This document shows positions 28,232 through 38,128 of a stretch of 64,000 nt of DNA, in pieces (position 1 is the stretch's first letter; the number at the start of each line of letters is the position of its first letter). The translations under genes were made by a program, and so were the position numbers. The stretch is from a virus: positions 83,187 to 147,186 of IMG/VR virus record IMGVR_UViG_3300035670_000028. One strand, given 5' to 3'. The notes beneath the pieces are model-generated. The model saw only the letters and a program-made list of their open reading frames with translations, searched no databases and had not been told where the DNA came from.

Positions 28232-28505
28232 CTCCGCATGGTGGCTCTATGTGGTTGAGTGCTCAGACGGCACTCTCTACTGTGGAGTCACCACGAGCAT
28301 TTCGCGGCGAGTGAGTGAGCACAACACTTCTCAACGTGGAGCGAAGTACACAAGATCACGGAGGCCTGTGAGCCTCGTCTACTCTGAGCAGTGCAGCAGC
28401 AGGTCAGACGCGCTCAGGAGGGAGGCCGCCTTCAAACGGATGACACGCAGGCAGAAATTGCACCTGATTCATCAATACGGTGCTGTTCTTTGTGCGATTC
28501 CATAG
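28224..28505 (+). CDS. GIY-YIG nuclease (stand-alone)
   Basis: LYVVECSDGTLYCG, HN, GAKYT, A.RRE. Confidence 0.9.
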   Translation: MTDSAWWLYVVECSDGTLYCGVTTSISRRVSEHNTSQRGAKYTRSRRPVSLVYSEQCSSRSDALRREAAFKRMTRRQKLHLIHQYGAVLCAIP

Positions 28506-28532
28506 TTACAATTGACGTGACATCCACGGGAG

Positions 28533-29102
28533 GTGATCATGAGAGTGTTAGTTATCTCTGGCGAAGTTTCCCTTCCGCGTCCGTTCGCCTACGGACTCAC
28601 TGGTGCCTCCGATGTGAAAACCATCGGAATCGTTGATCAGGACTTTCTAGCGCTATGTGAGAAATATGGAGACTCGAGGAGCATCTCATCGTCTGAGATG
28701 CAGAGCTTCATGAAGAGTGCAGTTGAGCACACAACAAGTGTTGTTCGAAACACAGACATTGATGTTGTCGTCGGCGTAGGATATGGTGCCCAGGTCCTAT
28801 CGAACCTCAACAATGCATATGAGTGGAGGGGCCCCTCTGTGTTTGTCTACTCTGAGGGCACTACACGTGTGAGTGTCACATCTAGGCCACTGCCGGAAGA
28901 GGTTGACTTTGACACTCGACCAGTTCGTTCAGTTGTAGTTGTTGTTGATGACTCCACACAGAAGATTGGCTCATCGGTCAAGAGAATATCTCAGGATCTA
29001 GACGTTGTCATGCACCTGAATGTGAGCTCAAAGATGTGGGACAGCTTGTTCTATAAACATGGAGTGATTTCAAGCTGTGTGCATTCAATTGCACTTCCGT
29101 AG
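28533..29102 (+). CDS. Hypothetical protein (degenerate alpha/beta-hydrolase-like)
   Basis: DVVVGVGYGA resembles GxSxGG without the serine. Confidence 0.55.
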   Translation: MIMRVLVISGEVSLPRPFAYGLTGASDVKTIGIVDQDFLALCEKYGDSRSISSSEMQSFMKSAVEHTTSVVRNTDIDVVVGVGYGAQVLSNLNNAYEWRGPSVFVYSEGTTRVSVTSRPLPEEVDFDTRPVRSVVVVVDDSTQKIGSSVKRISQDLDVVMHLNVSSKMWDSLFYKHGVISSCVHSIALP

Positions 29103-29103
29103 G

Positions 29104-29706
29104 TCACTCGTATGTAATGTACAATCCCTCTAAAGTTGCTGTGACATCATCTGTGGCTGTTGATGTTGCAGATATCTCCACTTCAATCCACGATCCTGTT
29201 GGATCTGACGATGAGACGTATGGTGCGTTTACAAACACATAGCCATTCGAATCTGTTATTGCTGTAAATGTTCCTAGTGTTGTTACCACGCCTATCGTCT
29301 TGAGACTCACAGTGCAGCTCACTTCTGTCAAGCCTGCGCCTGATGTCATGTAAATGAGTGCAGAAGCATCTGAACCTACGGTGCCTGCTGGCATGTAGAG
29401 ATATCCTGCCGTCGACGTGGTTGTATTTGGACTTGCATTAGCTGTCTTAGCTGTCACTGTCTCCGTGATGCTTACATTAGGACCCATGGGCGCGTCACGT
29501 GGTAATTGACAAGTCTGAACTATTCTGTCGTATAGAGACGTAACTGTCTCTGACGTGAAATATGAAGTTCCGTCACTTAGCCTGACAACAGTTTCACTTG
29601 TATTTGGATCCTGCTTGACTTCTAAAATTTCTGTGCAGTTGACATACACAGGAAGGAGACGATTTACACGCTGCTTGTCTTTTGCATTTACTAGTACTAG
29701 TGTCAT
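29104..29706 (-). CDS. Hypothetical T/S-rich protein with FlbD-like N-terminus
   Basis: ORF; ATACTTA on minus strand at 29721-29715. Confidence 0.65.
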   Translation of the reverse strand: MTLVLVNAKDKQRVNRLLPVYVNCTEILEVKQDPNTSETVVRLSDGTSYFTSETVTSLYDRIVQTCQLPRDAPMGPNVSITETVTAKTANASPNTTTSTAGYLYMPAGTVGSDASALIYMTSGAGLTEVSCTVSLKTIGVVTTLGTFTAITDSNGYVFVNAPYVSSSDPTGSWIEVEISATSTATDDVTATLEGLYITYE

Positions 29707-29782
29707 GATGCAACTAAGTATAGAACCGTGTATAAAATCATATAGGCGTGGCTAAACTAGACTAGGAGGTTAGATATGCCGA

Positions 29783-30139
29783 GTGTACTATCGGGCACGT
29801 GATCGGGCCATGAAGAATGGGCTGCCCTTTCACGTTGCAGCGGTCCTGAGACGGGCGGGTCAGATCGTCCGAATCGGCGTCAATTCCTTCAAGACGCATC
29901 CAAAGTTCATGCGCACTTACCCAGACGGCAGTAACGCAGCGCACATGCACGCCGAGATGGATGTCCTGCGTTTTGCGGAGCCTGGCGACGAGCTCGAGGT
30001 GATGCGATTCCGAAAGTGCGGTGAGTTTGGGATGGCAAAGCCCTGCAAGTACTGCATGCAGCACATCCTCGAATCTGGTGTGCGCAAGGTGAAGTACACA
30101 GATGAGTCTGGTGTCTGGAAGACTATTAAGATCAAGTGA
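29783..30139 (+). CDS. Zinc-dependent cytidine/dCMP deaminase-like protein
   Basis: HAE and PCKYC motifs. Confidence 0.85.
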   Translation: MYYRARDRAMKNGLPFHVAAVLRRAGQIVRIGVNSFKTHPKFMRTYPDGSNAAHMHAEMDVLRFAEPGDELEVMRFRKCGEFGMAKPCKYCMQHILESGVRKVKYTDESGVWKTIKIK

Positions 30140-30157
30140 TGCTTAGAATGGAGACTT

Positions 30158-30370
30158 ATGAATAATCTAGAAAAAGCAGACGAAGCGAGAGTGGGTGACA
30201 TCTGCAACTACTGGAACAAGACAGTGATTGTCCACAAGCTGGGACCTGAGCCTGGATGGGCTGAGGTTCTCAAGATCAAGAATCCCAACATTCCAAGCCA
30301 AGTTTCAGGCGTGCCATTTTCAGTTCGTCTCACACAGCTGAATATTGTGAAGCGGGCACGGACGTCTTAA
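30158..30370 (+). CDS. Small SH3/KOW-like protein
   Basis: RVGDIC; GGAG SD. Confidence 0.6.
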   Translation: MNNLEKADEARVGDICNYWNKTVIVHKLGPEPGWAEVLKIKNPNIPSQVSGVPFSVRLTQLNIVKRARTS

Positions 30371-30371
30371 T

Positions 30372-30650
30372 GTGGCCATCAAGTCTGGAGACGCTGTCCA
30401 ACTCAATCCTACGTCGATTTCATCACACTTTTTTGACCTACGACGCTTCTTTCCTGACGATGATGATTGGAATTTTATCAGCTCACTTCCAAGCACTGTG
30501 GGACTTGTTGTTAGAGTTCGGACAAGGGAGATGAGCTTTCCCACAATTGCTAGAGGGGTTGAGGAGGTAAGAGTTATTCAGACAGCAGAGGTTGTGTGGC
30601 CCAGTGGAAGGGTGAACAACTGCCCAGTTGAATTTTTGAATAGGGTCTGA
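30372..30650 (+). CDS. Small SH3/KOW-like protein
   Basis: IKSGDAV...GLVV...VVW..G...L.RV. Confidence 0.6.
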   Translation: MAIKSGDAVQLNPTSISSHFFDLRRFFPDDDDWNFISSLPSTVGLVVRVRTREMSFPTIARGVEEVRVIQTAEVVWPSGRVNNCPVEFLNRV

Positions 30651-30656
30651 TATACT

Positions 30657-30893
30657 ATGCCAGTGGAGAAGCTCATCACAATCAGCCTTCCTGAGAGGTC
30701 CATCGCGACACTTCTCAACATCGTCGAGCAGAACGTGAGAGATGCCGAGCAGGAGCTAAGCGTAGGTCTTCAGCACGAGGACACCAGCGTGATCGCTGAC
30801 TCAGAGGCTACTCTTCGTGCGCTGGATCCAATTTATCGTGAGCTAGCGCGGCTAGGAACCACAGAGGCGCGTCAAGGAGAGAAATACAGATGA
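30657..30893 (+). CDS. Hypothetical protein
   Basis: ORF. Confidence 0.6.
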   Translation: MPVEKLITISLPERSIATLLNIVEQNVRDAEQELSVGLQHEDTSVIADSEATLRALDPIYRELARLGTTEARQGEKYR

Positions 30894-31585
30894 CTCAGGA
30901 ATCGATTGAGATGCCACCACTAGTGGCAAAGTTTTTAAGCGAGGTTGTTCTAAAGATTAATCCTGACTTTCGAATCAGGAACAAGGCAAAGCCGGTTGGT
31001 CTTTACTCGTGGGTGAGGCCAATTGCAAAGATCTTCAACAAAGGATTTGACACTAGATACATCACTGTCATCAATGGCGAGTGTTGGTTTCCCGCGTCAT
31101 ACTTCGACAAGGATGGCACAAAGTTCATCGGTGACGATCGAAGAACTGTGGAGATTCTCGCGCATGAGGCTATTCACGAATTCGATCGTAAGCGACTGGG
31201 AACGATTCCTTTCACTTGCATGTATTTATTCCCACAGATACTCGCTGTGTTCTCTCTTCTTTCTGTTCTTGCTGTGTGGAACATGTGGTGGCTTCTCTGC
31301 CTCCTCTTCCTCTTATTTCTAGCACCCATTCCTGCACCTGGTCGTACTTGGATCGAGGTGCGCGGCTACAAGACCAACATGACCTTCAGCAGGATGAGTG
31401 GTTGGGATCCTTATCTTGTGTCATTTGGAATCATTGACACAAACTTTGTAGGTCCAAACTACTACTACATGATGCCCTTTCGCGACTGGGTCGCTAGGCG
31501 ACTGCTTGACTTCTCACATGAATCTGAGCCCATTTACGCGTCAATGATTGCCTGGTATAGGAAGAACATGATGGTGTCACCATGA
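30890..31585 (+). CDS. Membrane HExxH metallopeptidase-like protein
   Basis: HEAIH, hydrophobic hairpin, downstream E. Confidence 0.6.
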   Translation: MTQESIEMPPLVAKFLSEVVLKINPDFRIRNKAKPVGLYSWVRPIAKIFNKGFDTRYITVINGECWFPASYFDKDGTKFIGDDRRTVEILAHEAIHEFDRKRLGTIPFTCMYLFPQILAVFSLLSVLAVWNMWWLLCLLFLLFLAPIPAPGRTWIEVRGYKTNMTFSRMSGWDPYLVSFGIIDTNFVGPNYYYMMPFRDWVARRLLDFSHESEPIYASMIAWYRKNMMVSP

Positions 31586-31941
31586 GTGGCGAGAAGAAGT
31601 ATCAGGAGATTGCTGAGGAGATCGGTCGCCTCGTGCAGGAGAAGAACGAGGCGTACGGAGACTCATTCGGGCAGGCGTGCAGGATCCTCGAGGTACTGTA
31701 CCCCTGGGGAATCCAGCCGACGCAGTACAGGGACGCGCTAGCAATCACTCGAGTGATCGATAAGCTCTTCAGGCTGGCAAACAAGAAGGATGCCTTCGGA
31801 GAGTCTCCGTGGCGTGACATATGCGGCTACGCCATTCTTGGCGTGGCAAATGACGCTCGCGTAAATGAGAGCACAGATCTGCAGCGCTCCCAGTACATCG
31901 ACCCGTTCGAGGTCGTTGAAATTGTGAGGGAAGAAAAGTGA
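31582..31941 (+). CDS. Nucleotide-modification-associated domain protein (DUF1599-like)
   Basis: KNEAYGDSF, DKLFR, DICGYAIL. Confidence 0.7.
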   Translation: MSGEKKYQEIAEEIGRLVQEKNEAYGDSFGQACRILEVLYPWGIQPTQYRDALAITRVIDKLFRLANKKDAFGESPWRDICGYAILGVANDARVNESTDLQRSQYIDPFEVVEIVREEK

Positions 31942-32411
31942 CAGTAGGATTCACATGCGGATCATTTGATCTCCTTCACGCTGGTCATGCCCTCATGCTT
32001 GAGGAGGCAAGAAGTCACTGCGATAAGCTAATTGTGGGCCTACAGACAGACCCCACCATCGATCGTCCTGAGAAGAACAAGCCTATCATGAGCCTCTCAG
32101 AGCGGCTCATTTTGCTCAGGTCAATTCGATGGGTGGATGAAGTGTGCACGTACAGCACAGAGGCTGAGCTCTTCACTCTTCTCAAGAGCCTTATGCCTGA
32201 TGTGAGGATCATCGGCGCTGATTGGAAGGGAAAGCAGTTCACTGGGTGGGAGCTGCCAATTCGCGTGGTCTTCAACACACGAGACCACGAGTACTCAACG
32301 TCATCGCTCAGGCAGAGAGTCGCCGGCGCCGAGCTCGAGCGAGCTGCTTCAGATGCCCTTGCGCCCTACATGAAGGATGTGACAAAGCTACCTCAGAAGC
32401 AGCGACAGTGA
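31938..32411 (+). CDS. Cytidylyltransferase (TagD/RfaE-like)
   Basis: GSFDLLHAGH, ER...L...VDEV, GADW, STS. Confidence 0.9.
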   Translation: MTVGFTCGSFDLLHAGHALMLEEARSHCDKLIVGLQTDPTIDRPEKNKPIMSLSERLILLRSIRWVDEVCTYSTEAELFTLLKSLMPDVRIIGADWKGKQFTGWELPIRVVFNTRDHEYSTSSLRQRVAGAELERAASDALAPYMKDVTKLPQKQRQ

Positions 32412-32482
32412 CACCAGAATAATAGCTGTTCCTCCTCCGCACTGTCGACATATTTACTAGTGTTCCGCGGAGAGAGTGTCGC

Positions 32483-33313
32483 ATGCATCATTCTGGAGCA
32501 ACTTATCAATCACACACATGGGAGCCTGTGTTAGGCGACAGCGTTGTCAACACGAATCCGGGCTGCAAGCACAAGGGATCAGAGGGAATTGTTGTAGACA
32601 TTGCAGACCTCCCTAAGGACGCTGGAAAGACAGTTACCTACTGCTGCACAAACTCAGGTGACAATTGGTACAAGGGTGACTTTCTCACCAAGACGATGGA
32701 TCAGCTCTCGCCTCTCGGCGGCGCTGTAACTGAGGGCGCATCCTACCACGTTCACAAGGGAGTGGGCGTCGACAGGCCCATTTATCGTCCAGGCACTCCA
32801 AAGTTCTTTCAGCTCATGACTGAGATGCGGGCTCTCACCAATGCCGGCGTCTACGTGCCGAGGAGCGGGTGGGAGTCAGAGCTCCTATCGACAGACATTG
32901 GAAGGTGGGCAACTTTTGAGGGCAAGCGTGTGCCACTCGACTTTCCCATCCTGGAGAGATCAGGAGACTGGGACGGACCCTGCGAGAAGTGCAAGGAAGA
33001 GGTCGAGGCTGAGGAGAGTGTCCTGCCCGAGGCGAAGTACAAGGGCAAGGAGGTCGAGCTCGGGAAGCCCAAGAAGGGTTCCGGAGGCAAGGCGTACGTA
33101 TACGTTAGGGATGATAAGACAGGCAATGTAAAGAAGGTCTCGTTTGGATCTTCCATGCCCGACGCCATGGGTGACTCTGACGCTGCTAAAAAGCGTCGCA
33201 AGGCTTTCGGCGATCGACATAACTGCTCGGATAAGAAGGACAGAACGAAGCCGGGATATTGGGCATGCCGCGCGACCAAGTTCTTTGGTCGTAATATTTC
33301 AGGATGGTGGTGA
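32483..33313 (+). CDS. Multi-module phage hypothetical protein
   Basis: EAKYKGKEVEL...KVSFG...RHNC...GYWAC module; ATATTTA at 32450. Confidence 0.75.
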   Translation: MHHSGATYQSHTWEPVLGDSVVNTNPGCKHKGSEGIVVDIADLPKDAGKTVTYCCTNSGDNWYKGDFLTKTMDQLSPLGGAVTEGASYHVHKGVGVDRPIYRPGTPKFFQLMTEMRALTNAGVYVPRSGWESELLSTDIGRWATFEGKRVPLDFPILERSGDWDGPCEKCKEEVEAEESVLPEAKYKGKEVELGKPKKGSGGKAYVYVRDDKTGNVKKVSFGSSMPDAMGDSDAAKKRRKAFGDRHNCSDKKDRTKPGYWACRATKFFGRNISGWW

Positions 33314-33316
33314 CAC

Positions 33317-33772
33317 ATGCCTCGTCGAGCAGCACAAACAGCCGCGGTCAAGAAGCCTCGTAGAAGCTCTTCTAAACCCAAGCAGAAGAAGTCGACAGGT
33401 GGCGACTGCTACGAAGCAGCCGCTAACTTCATCATGCGCAGATCGACACTGCACATGATGTCAGGCGGTAAGGTGGGCGGAAGCGCCGAAGAGGTTGCGA
33501 ATTTCATCGTTGTTCACGCTGAGGTGATGGGTCAGGGCCCACTCGAGGGAACATCATTCGGTCACGCTTTCGTTATTGATACTGCATCTGACACGGTGAT
33601 CGATCAGTCCAACGGTAGAGACATCAGACTTCCTAGAATGATTTACTACGCGATCGGCGCAATTGAGGAGATAGGCAACTATCACGAGTACACGCCGGAA
33701 GAGGTCATGGAGAACCTCATCAAGTACAAGCACTATGGCCCCTGGGATCTCAAGACCTCCAGTGGACTTTGA
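33317..33772 (+). CDS. Hypothetical protein, possible Cys-His-Asp papain-like fold
   Basis: GDCYEAA...GHAF...VID. Confidence 0.55.
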   Translation: MPRRAAQTAAVKKPRRSSSKPKQKKSTGGDCYEAAANFIMRRSTLHMMSGGKVGGSAEEVANFIVVHAEVMGQGPLEGTSFGHAFVIDTASDTVIDQSNGRDIRLPRMIYYAIGAIEEIGNYHEYTPEEVMENLIKYKHYGPWDLKTSSGL

Positions 33773-33781
33773 GGAGAACCT

Positions 33782-34165
33782 GTGATGGACAAGGACAACA
33801 TTTTTACGATGGCCTCTGTGAAGGGTGCCTCCGTTAGCGCTGATGATCTCGCGACTGCTGAGGAAGCGCTGGCGGGTGCAGAAGTGTCTGAGGCTGTGTA
33901 CGAGCGAGTCAGGCGTGCAGTTCGAAAGACGCTGAGAGAGGACATCGGTAAGGTGTGGATGGACTACGGTCACTATGGCAGTGACACTGACGCGCCTCCC
34001 GACCACGACACATCCTCCTGGTCTCCCTTGGATGACGTTGAGGACGACGCGCGAGAAGTTCTCTCAGCACCCTATGTGAGTAGGAATAGGACAGTGGAGG
34101 CGAAGCTCCGTCTCAGAATTCGTGCAATCATGAAAGAGTCTAATCACCGCAGCAGGAAGTCATGA
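33782..34165 (+). CDS. Tagged hypothetical protein
   Basis: VRRAVRKTLRE and LRLRIRAIMKE. Confidence 0.7.
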   Translation: MMDKDNIFTMASVKGASVSADDLATAEEALAGAEVSEAVYERVRRAVRKTLREDIGKVWMDYGHYGSDTDAPPDHDTSSWSPLDDVEDDAREVLSAPYVSRNRTVEAKLRLRIRAIMKESNHRSRKS

Positions 34166-35664
34166 GACATCCTTTTAGCGAGACTCGTCTATCTGAGACG
34201 AAGTGGATTCGAACCTTTGCACGGAGCACACAGTCCAGTGAGCTCGTGTGGCATCGTGATCGAGAGGACAGAATTGTTCGGGTTGTTGAGGGAAGCGGCT
34301 GGATGCTCCAGATGGATGGACAGCTCCCGATAGACCTCAAGCCTGGATCCATTCACAGGATTCCTGCTCGATCTTGGCACCGCGTGATCATGGGTGAGAG
34401 CGCATCTGGTCTCACTGTGCTCGTTGAGAAGCTGAAGAAGGGTGATAAGGTAAAGGTCGACGGCAAGAAGGCAACAGTCAAAGTGCCTGACGGTCGAGGA
34501 GATCTTATCGGTGTGGACTTCGACGACCCTGATGACATGGAGATGGTTCCCTCGAAGGACGTCAAGAAGCTCAAGGAAGATAAGATAGGTTTTGGAAGCT
34601 ATGATACCTGGTCTGATCCAAGTGTGGCTTTCAAGGACAGCGACCTCAATGTTACAGACAAAGCGCAGAAGTTCGCCATGCTTATGGACAAGGTCGCTGA
34701 GGAGCTGGGTCTACCTGAGCCTGTGATCACGAGCGGCCTGCGCCCGCCAGATCGTCAAGTAAAAGCGATGCTAAATCTCTGGAAGAACCACGGATCGCAG
34801 TACGTGATCGATCTCTACGCTCAGAAGTGCAAGAGCTGCAGCGACGCTGCAGGACAGGTTGCTGAGGAGTTGGTCGCTCTTTGGGATGAGAACAAGATTC
34901 CTCTACTTGGTGGTGTGCCCAAGAGTGTTTTTAAGCAATCCATGGAAATAGTTGCAGGCAGTCCTATTTCTGAGCACCAGAACGGCAACGCGCTAGACTA
35001 CGGTATCAAGACAAACCCGGGTGACAACATCAAGAGAATGGTCGACCACATAGGAGGGAAGGGACTCGCCACGTACGAGCTTATCGATGAGACGCAGGGC
35101 CAGGCCCCACACTGGCACGTCAGCGTCTACTCAATTACGCCTTCGGGCATCAAGTACTTGGAGACACCAAACATGTCAGAGGCCAAGAAGAAAAAGATGC
35201 CGGGCGAGCCTGAGTATTACGTTGGCGACAAGTCAAAGAAGACCAAGAGCAACAAGCAGATGGCGCAGGAGATCAATAAGTGTGCCAAGGAGCCTCGTCC
35301 CAAGAGCTGCTACGACGAGTGGTCTGCCGACAAGACGTACAAGAAAAAGAAGAATGAGTCAGCTGACCTGGTGGATGATGTGCTCGACGAGGCGCTCGAC
35401 GACATGTTAGACGATATCCTGACAGAGAAGATCAGCGAGAAGACCAGGAAGACGCTCAAGAAGAAGGCTGAGAAGGCCAACATGCCCCTCGGAGCGCTCA
35501 CAGGCGTGTATAGGAAGGGACTTGCAGCGTGGCTCTCAGGACACAGACAGGGAGTGTCTCAGCATGCCTGGGCAATGGGAAGAACGAACAGTTTTATAAG
35601 GGGCGGCAAGGCTCGCAAGGTTGACAAGTCAGAGTGGAAAAAGGTCCAGAAGCACAGGAAGTGA
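34162..35664 (+). CDS. Multidomain protein: cupin + M15-type zinc peptidase + basic C-terminal domain
   Basis: WHRDRE..WHR cupin; ITSGLR...SEHQNGNALD...HWH peptidase. Confidence 0.7.
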   Translation: MRHPFSETRLSETKWIRTFARSTQSSELVWHRDREDRIVRVVEGSGWMLQMDGQLPIDLKPGSIHRIPARSWHRVIMGESASGLTVLVEKLKKGDKVKVDGKKATVKVPDGRGDLIGVDFDDPDDMEMVPSKDVKKLKEDKIGFGSYDTWSDPSVAFKDSDLNVTDKAQKFAMLMDKVAEELGLPEPVITSGLRPPDRQVKAMLNLWKNHGSQYVIDLYAQKCKSCSDAAGQVAEELVALWDENKIPLLGGVPKSVFKQSMEIVAGSPISEHQNGNALDYGIKTNPGDNIKRMVDHIGGKGLATYELIDETQGQAPHWHVSVYSITPSGIKYLETPNMSEAKKKKMPGEPEYYVGDKSKKTKSNKQMAQEINKCAKEPRPKSCYDEWSADKTYKKKKNESADLVDDVLDEALDDMLDDILTEKISEKTRKTLKKKAEKANMPLGALTGVYRKGLAAWLSGHRQGVSQHAWAMGRTNSFIRGGKARKVDKSEWKKVQKHRK

Positions 35665-35665
35665 C

Positions 35666-35977
35666 ATGAGCAAGCACCTGAGACAGCTTATACGTGAGGA
35701 ACTGCGTCGCCAGCAGCTCAATGAGTCAAAAATTGAAGCCGGCGCTGAGTACGATCGGACAAAGGAAGCACCGAAGAGGGCATTTGAGGCCATCCTGAAG
35801 CGAAAAGCCGCTGAGATGGGACCTAACATGCTCGGCCAGATGCGCCCAGGATCACCGGATCACCTGCGGCTCATCGAGGACGCGCTGGATGAGGCAGGAA
35901 TTGCTGACGCAGGCCTTCGGGGGCTCATCAGTGGCCCTTTCAAGATGATACCACCCCACTTCCTGCTTCGAATCTGA
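35666..35977 (+). CDS. Tagged hypothetical protein
   Basis: LRQLIREEL...LNE. Confidence 0.7.
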   Translation: MSKHLRQLIREELRRQQLNESKIEAGAEYDRTKEAPKRAFEAILKRKAAEMGPNMLGQMRPGSPDHLRLIEDALDEAGIADAGLRGLISGPFKMIPPHFLLRI

Positions 35978-36075
35978 TATTTGCCCGCTGAGAAGTGATA
36001 TTTAGACCGGTGTACAACTGATTGGAGTGCTTTAAGATGAGGAATCGCTCTTCTAACACAGCAGAGACAAGGAAG

Positions 36076-36705
36076 ATGCGCGATCTGCGCCTCTCCATCC
36101 GCCGCGCAATCAAAGAGTGCGGCATGGATGACACAATGCCCCACCCAGACGACTCAGCGATGATGTCCGATGAGCCCGCAGAGATGCACGGTCCCGAAGA
36201 GACAGGTGCCTTCGACGCGCCTGACGAGGAGCATCCCGGCTACATGCTGCTGGGCAACCTGAAGAAGCTAGCAGTCAAATCTGCTGAGCTGGCTGATCTC
36301 GCATCACCCTGGGATGATGCCGAGCCCTGGATTGAGAGCAAGGTGAACTCTGCAGCACAGCACATCGACGCGATCCACGACTACATCATGTACAGCGTCC
36401 TCGATCAGGACTTCGATGCCGAGGGGCACGAGGACATGATGCATGAGTGCGGCGAGATGATGGGCGACATGATGACAGAGCCTATGGGCCGCAATATGGG
36501 TGATGGCGGTCCTGCGACGATGGCACGGGGCCAGCTGTTCCAGATCGCTAAGAAGTCACAGTCACTTTCCGATCGGCTCACAGACGCTGACACCCTTCCG
36601 GAGTGGCTGCAGTCGAAGGTCGCCATGGCGTACCAGACGATCGCGACTGTAAGCGATTATCTCGACTACAAGATGATGAGAAATGACAGCGGTGATCCTG
36701 TCTAG
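36076..36705 (+). CDS. Tagged protein with a duplicated helical domain
   Basis: LRLSIRRAIKE; two copies of M..G.L...W..SKV..A...I....DY. Confidence 0.75.
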   Translation: MRDLRLSIRRAIKECGMDDTMPHPDDSAMMSDEPAEMHGPEETGAFDAPDEEHPGYMLLGNLKKLAVKSAELADLASPWDDAEPWIESKVNSAAQHIDAIHDYIMYSVLDQDFDAEGHEDMMHECGEMMGDMMTEPMGRNMGDGGPATMARGQLFQIAKKSQSLSDRLTDADTLPEWLQSKVAMAYQTIATVSDYLDYKMMRNDSGDPV

Positions 36706-36715
36706 GAGACATGAA

Positions 36716-37285
36716 ATGACGAAGCTTACTAAGACACAGCTACAGAGAGTAATCAAGGAGGAGCTAGCTGCTGTTCTCTCCATGGACACACTTCCCTTGT
36801 CGTTGGAGTCGGGCATGGGCGCCGACGTCTCCCTTGAGGAGGAGATGATGGGCCTTCTCGCTTGTCTCCGCTGCGCAGGTGTGTGGTTCCACGCCGCGCA
36901 CCACGTCACGAAGGGCACGGGCTTCATTGGCGACCACAAGGATCTGTATGGAGAGATCTACGGCGCTCTCAATGACGACTACGACGGCGCAGCTGAGAAG
37001 GCTGTGGGTCTCACTGGCAACGAGGACGTTGTCTGCCCACACTCAGTCATGGCCTTGGCGATCGACAAGATGGGCAAGTACCCCTCACCCTCAGGCGCCT
37101 CCGCGGCCTCAATTGCCTCGACGGGCCTCGAGATCATGCGTGACCTGAACGATCACGTTGAAACAGTCTTCAAGAATCTTGAGGAGACAGGCCAGCTTGC
37201 ACTAGGACTCAATGACTTCCTCGCTGCCGCTGCCAACGACTACACGAAGTACATTTACCTCCTTCAGCAGAGAGCAAAGGGATGA
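36716..37285 (+). CDS. Tagged Dps/ferritin-like protein
   Basis: H..H.VTKG..F..DH..LY..Y....D..AE; MTKLTKTQLQRVIKEEL. Confidence 0.75.
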   Translation: MTKLTKTQLQRVIKEELAAVLSMDTLPLSLESGMGADVSLEEEMMGLLACLRCAGVWFHAAHHVTKGTGFIGDHKDLYGEIYGALNDDYDGAAEKAVGLTGNEDVVCPHSVMALAIDKMGKYPSPSGASAASIASTGLEIMRDLNDHVETVFKNLEETGQLALGLNDFLAAAANDYTKYIYLLQQRAKG

Positions 37286-37288
37286 ACT

Positions 37289-38065
37289 ATGTCAATAAGT
37301 GACTACATACACAAGAGAATGTTGAAGCATGCCGGTCTGCTCAGTGAGAGTGCCACCGCTGAGAACTATAAGAAGGAGTGGGAGACTGCATTCAATCAGT
37401 ACAGTGATCTCTACAAAGATCTAAATCAAGTAAGACCTCGTGGAGTGAGCATGCAGAACATGTCAGTCGAGGATCTCAACGCTGAGATCGAAGACATGCG
37501 AGAGAGAATAAGTGCAAAGATTGCTGCGAAAGAGGCCGGCCTACCTGATCCTGAAGAGGAGTACAATAGACAGGGTGGCTACGGACAGTACGAGTCAAAG
37601 GGAACGAAACTGTCTCGCGGCAGCCTGCAGCAGATCATCAAGGAAGAGGTGTCTCGAGTCCTCTCTGAGATGGAGATCGTCAATGCGGACTCGGGAGAGA
37701 TTCTCACAGTCGATAAGCTCCCACCAAAGTATGCCGGCCGCCTAACGAAGGCTGACGGCTACGATGCCCTCTACGATCCGGACTTTGAGGCGCTGCGAAA
37801 GGATCTCACTCTTGATCCAGATACCGCACTGGATATGCTCGAGGAAGAGGCCGCAGAGATGTACGGAGATGTCCAGGGTGACCTAGGCACCGCGATCGAT
37901 ATGGCCATGGGCCTCAAGATGTCGTTCCCCAAGGAGTGGGCAGCAGCGCTCACCACCAGAAGAATCAAGGACATGTACTACGATGACATGGGACCAGACG
38001 GTGGTCCTGAGTACGATTCTCTGGACGATGCGTTGGCACGGTTCCTCGCAGAGCGCATGGGATGA
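37289..38065 (+). CDS. Tagged hypothetical protein
   Basis: RMLKHAGLLSE; LQQIIKEEVSRVLSE. Confidence 0.75.
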   Translation: MSISDYIHKRMLKHAGLLSESATAENYKKEWETAFNQYSDLYKDLNQVRPRGVSMQNMSVEDLNAEIEDMRERISAKIAAKEAGLPDPEEEYNRQGGYGQYESKGTKLSRGSLQQIIKEEVSRVLSEMEIVNADSGEILTVDKLPPKYAGRLTKADGYDALYDPDFEALRKDLTLDPDTALDMLEEEAAEMYGDVQGDLGTAIDMAMGLKMSFPKEWAAALTTRRIKDMYYDDMGPDGGPEYDSLDDALARFLAERMG

Positions 38066-38128
38066 TTTATACAATAGACAATACTTATAGCCAGTGATAT
38101 CTCGATAAATTATCTGAAAGGGTTAACA

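Noticed and set aside
28224-28505. GIY-YIG as an intron homing endonuclease
   Set aside because: Short stand-alone domain, no DNA-binding extension and no interrupted host gene.
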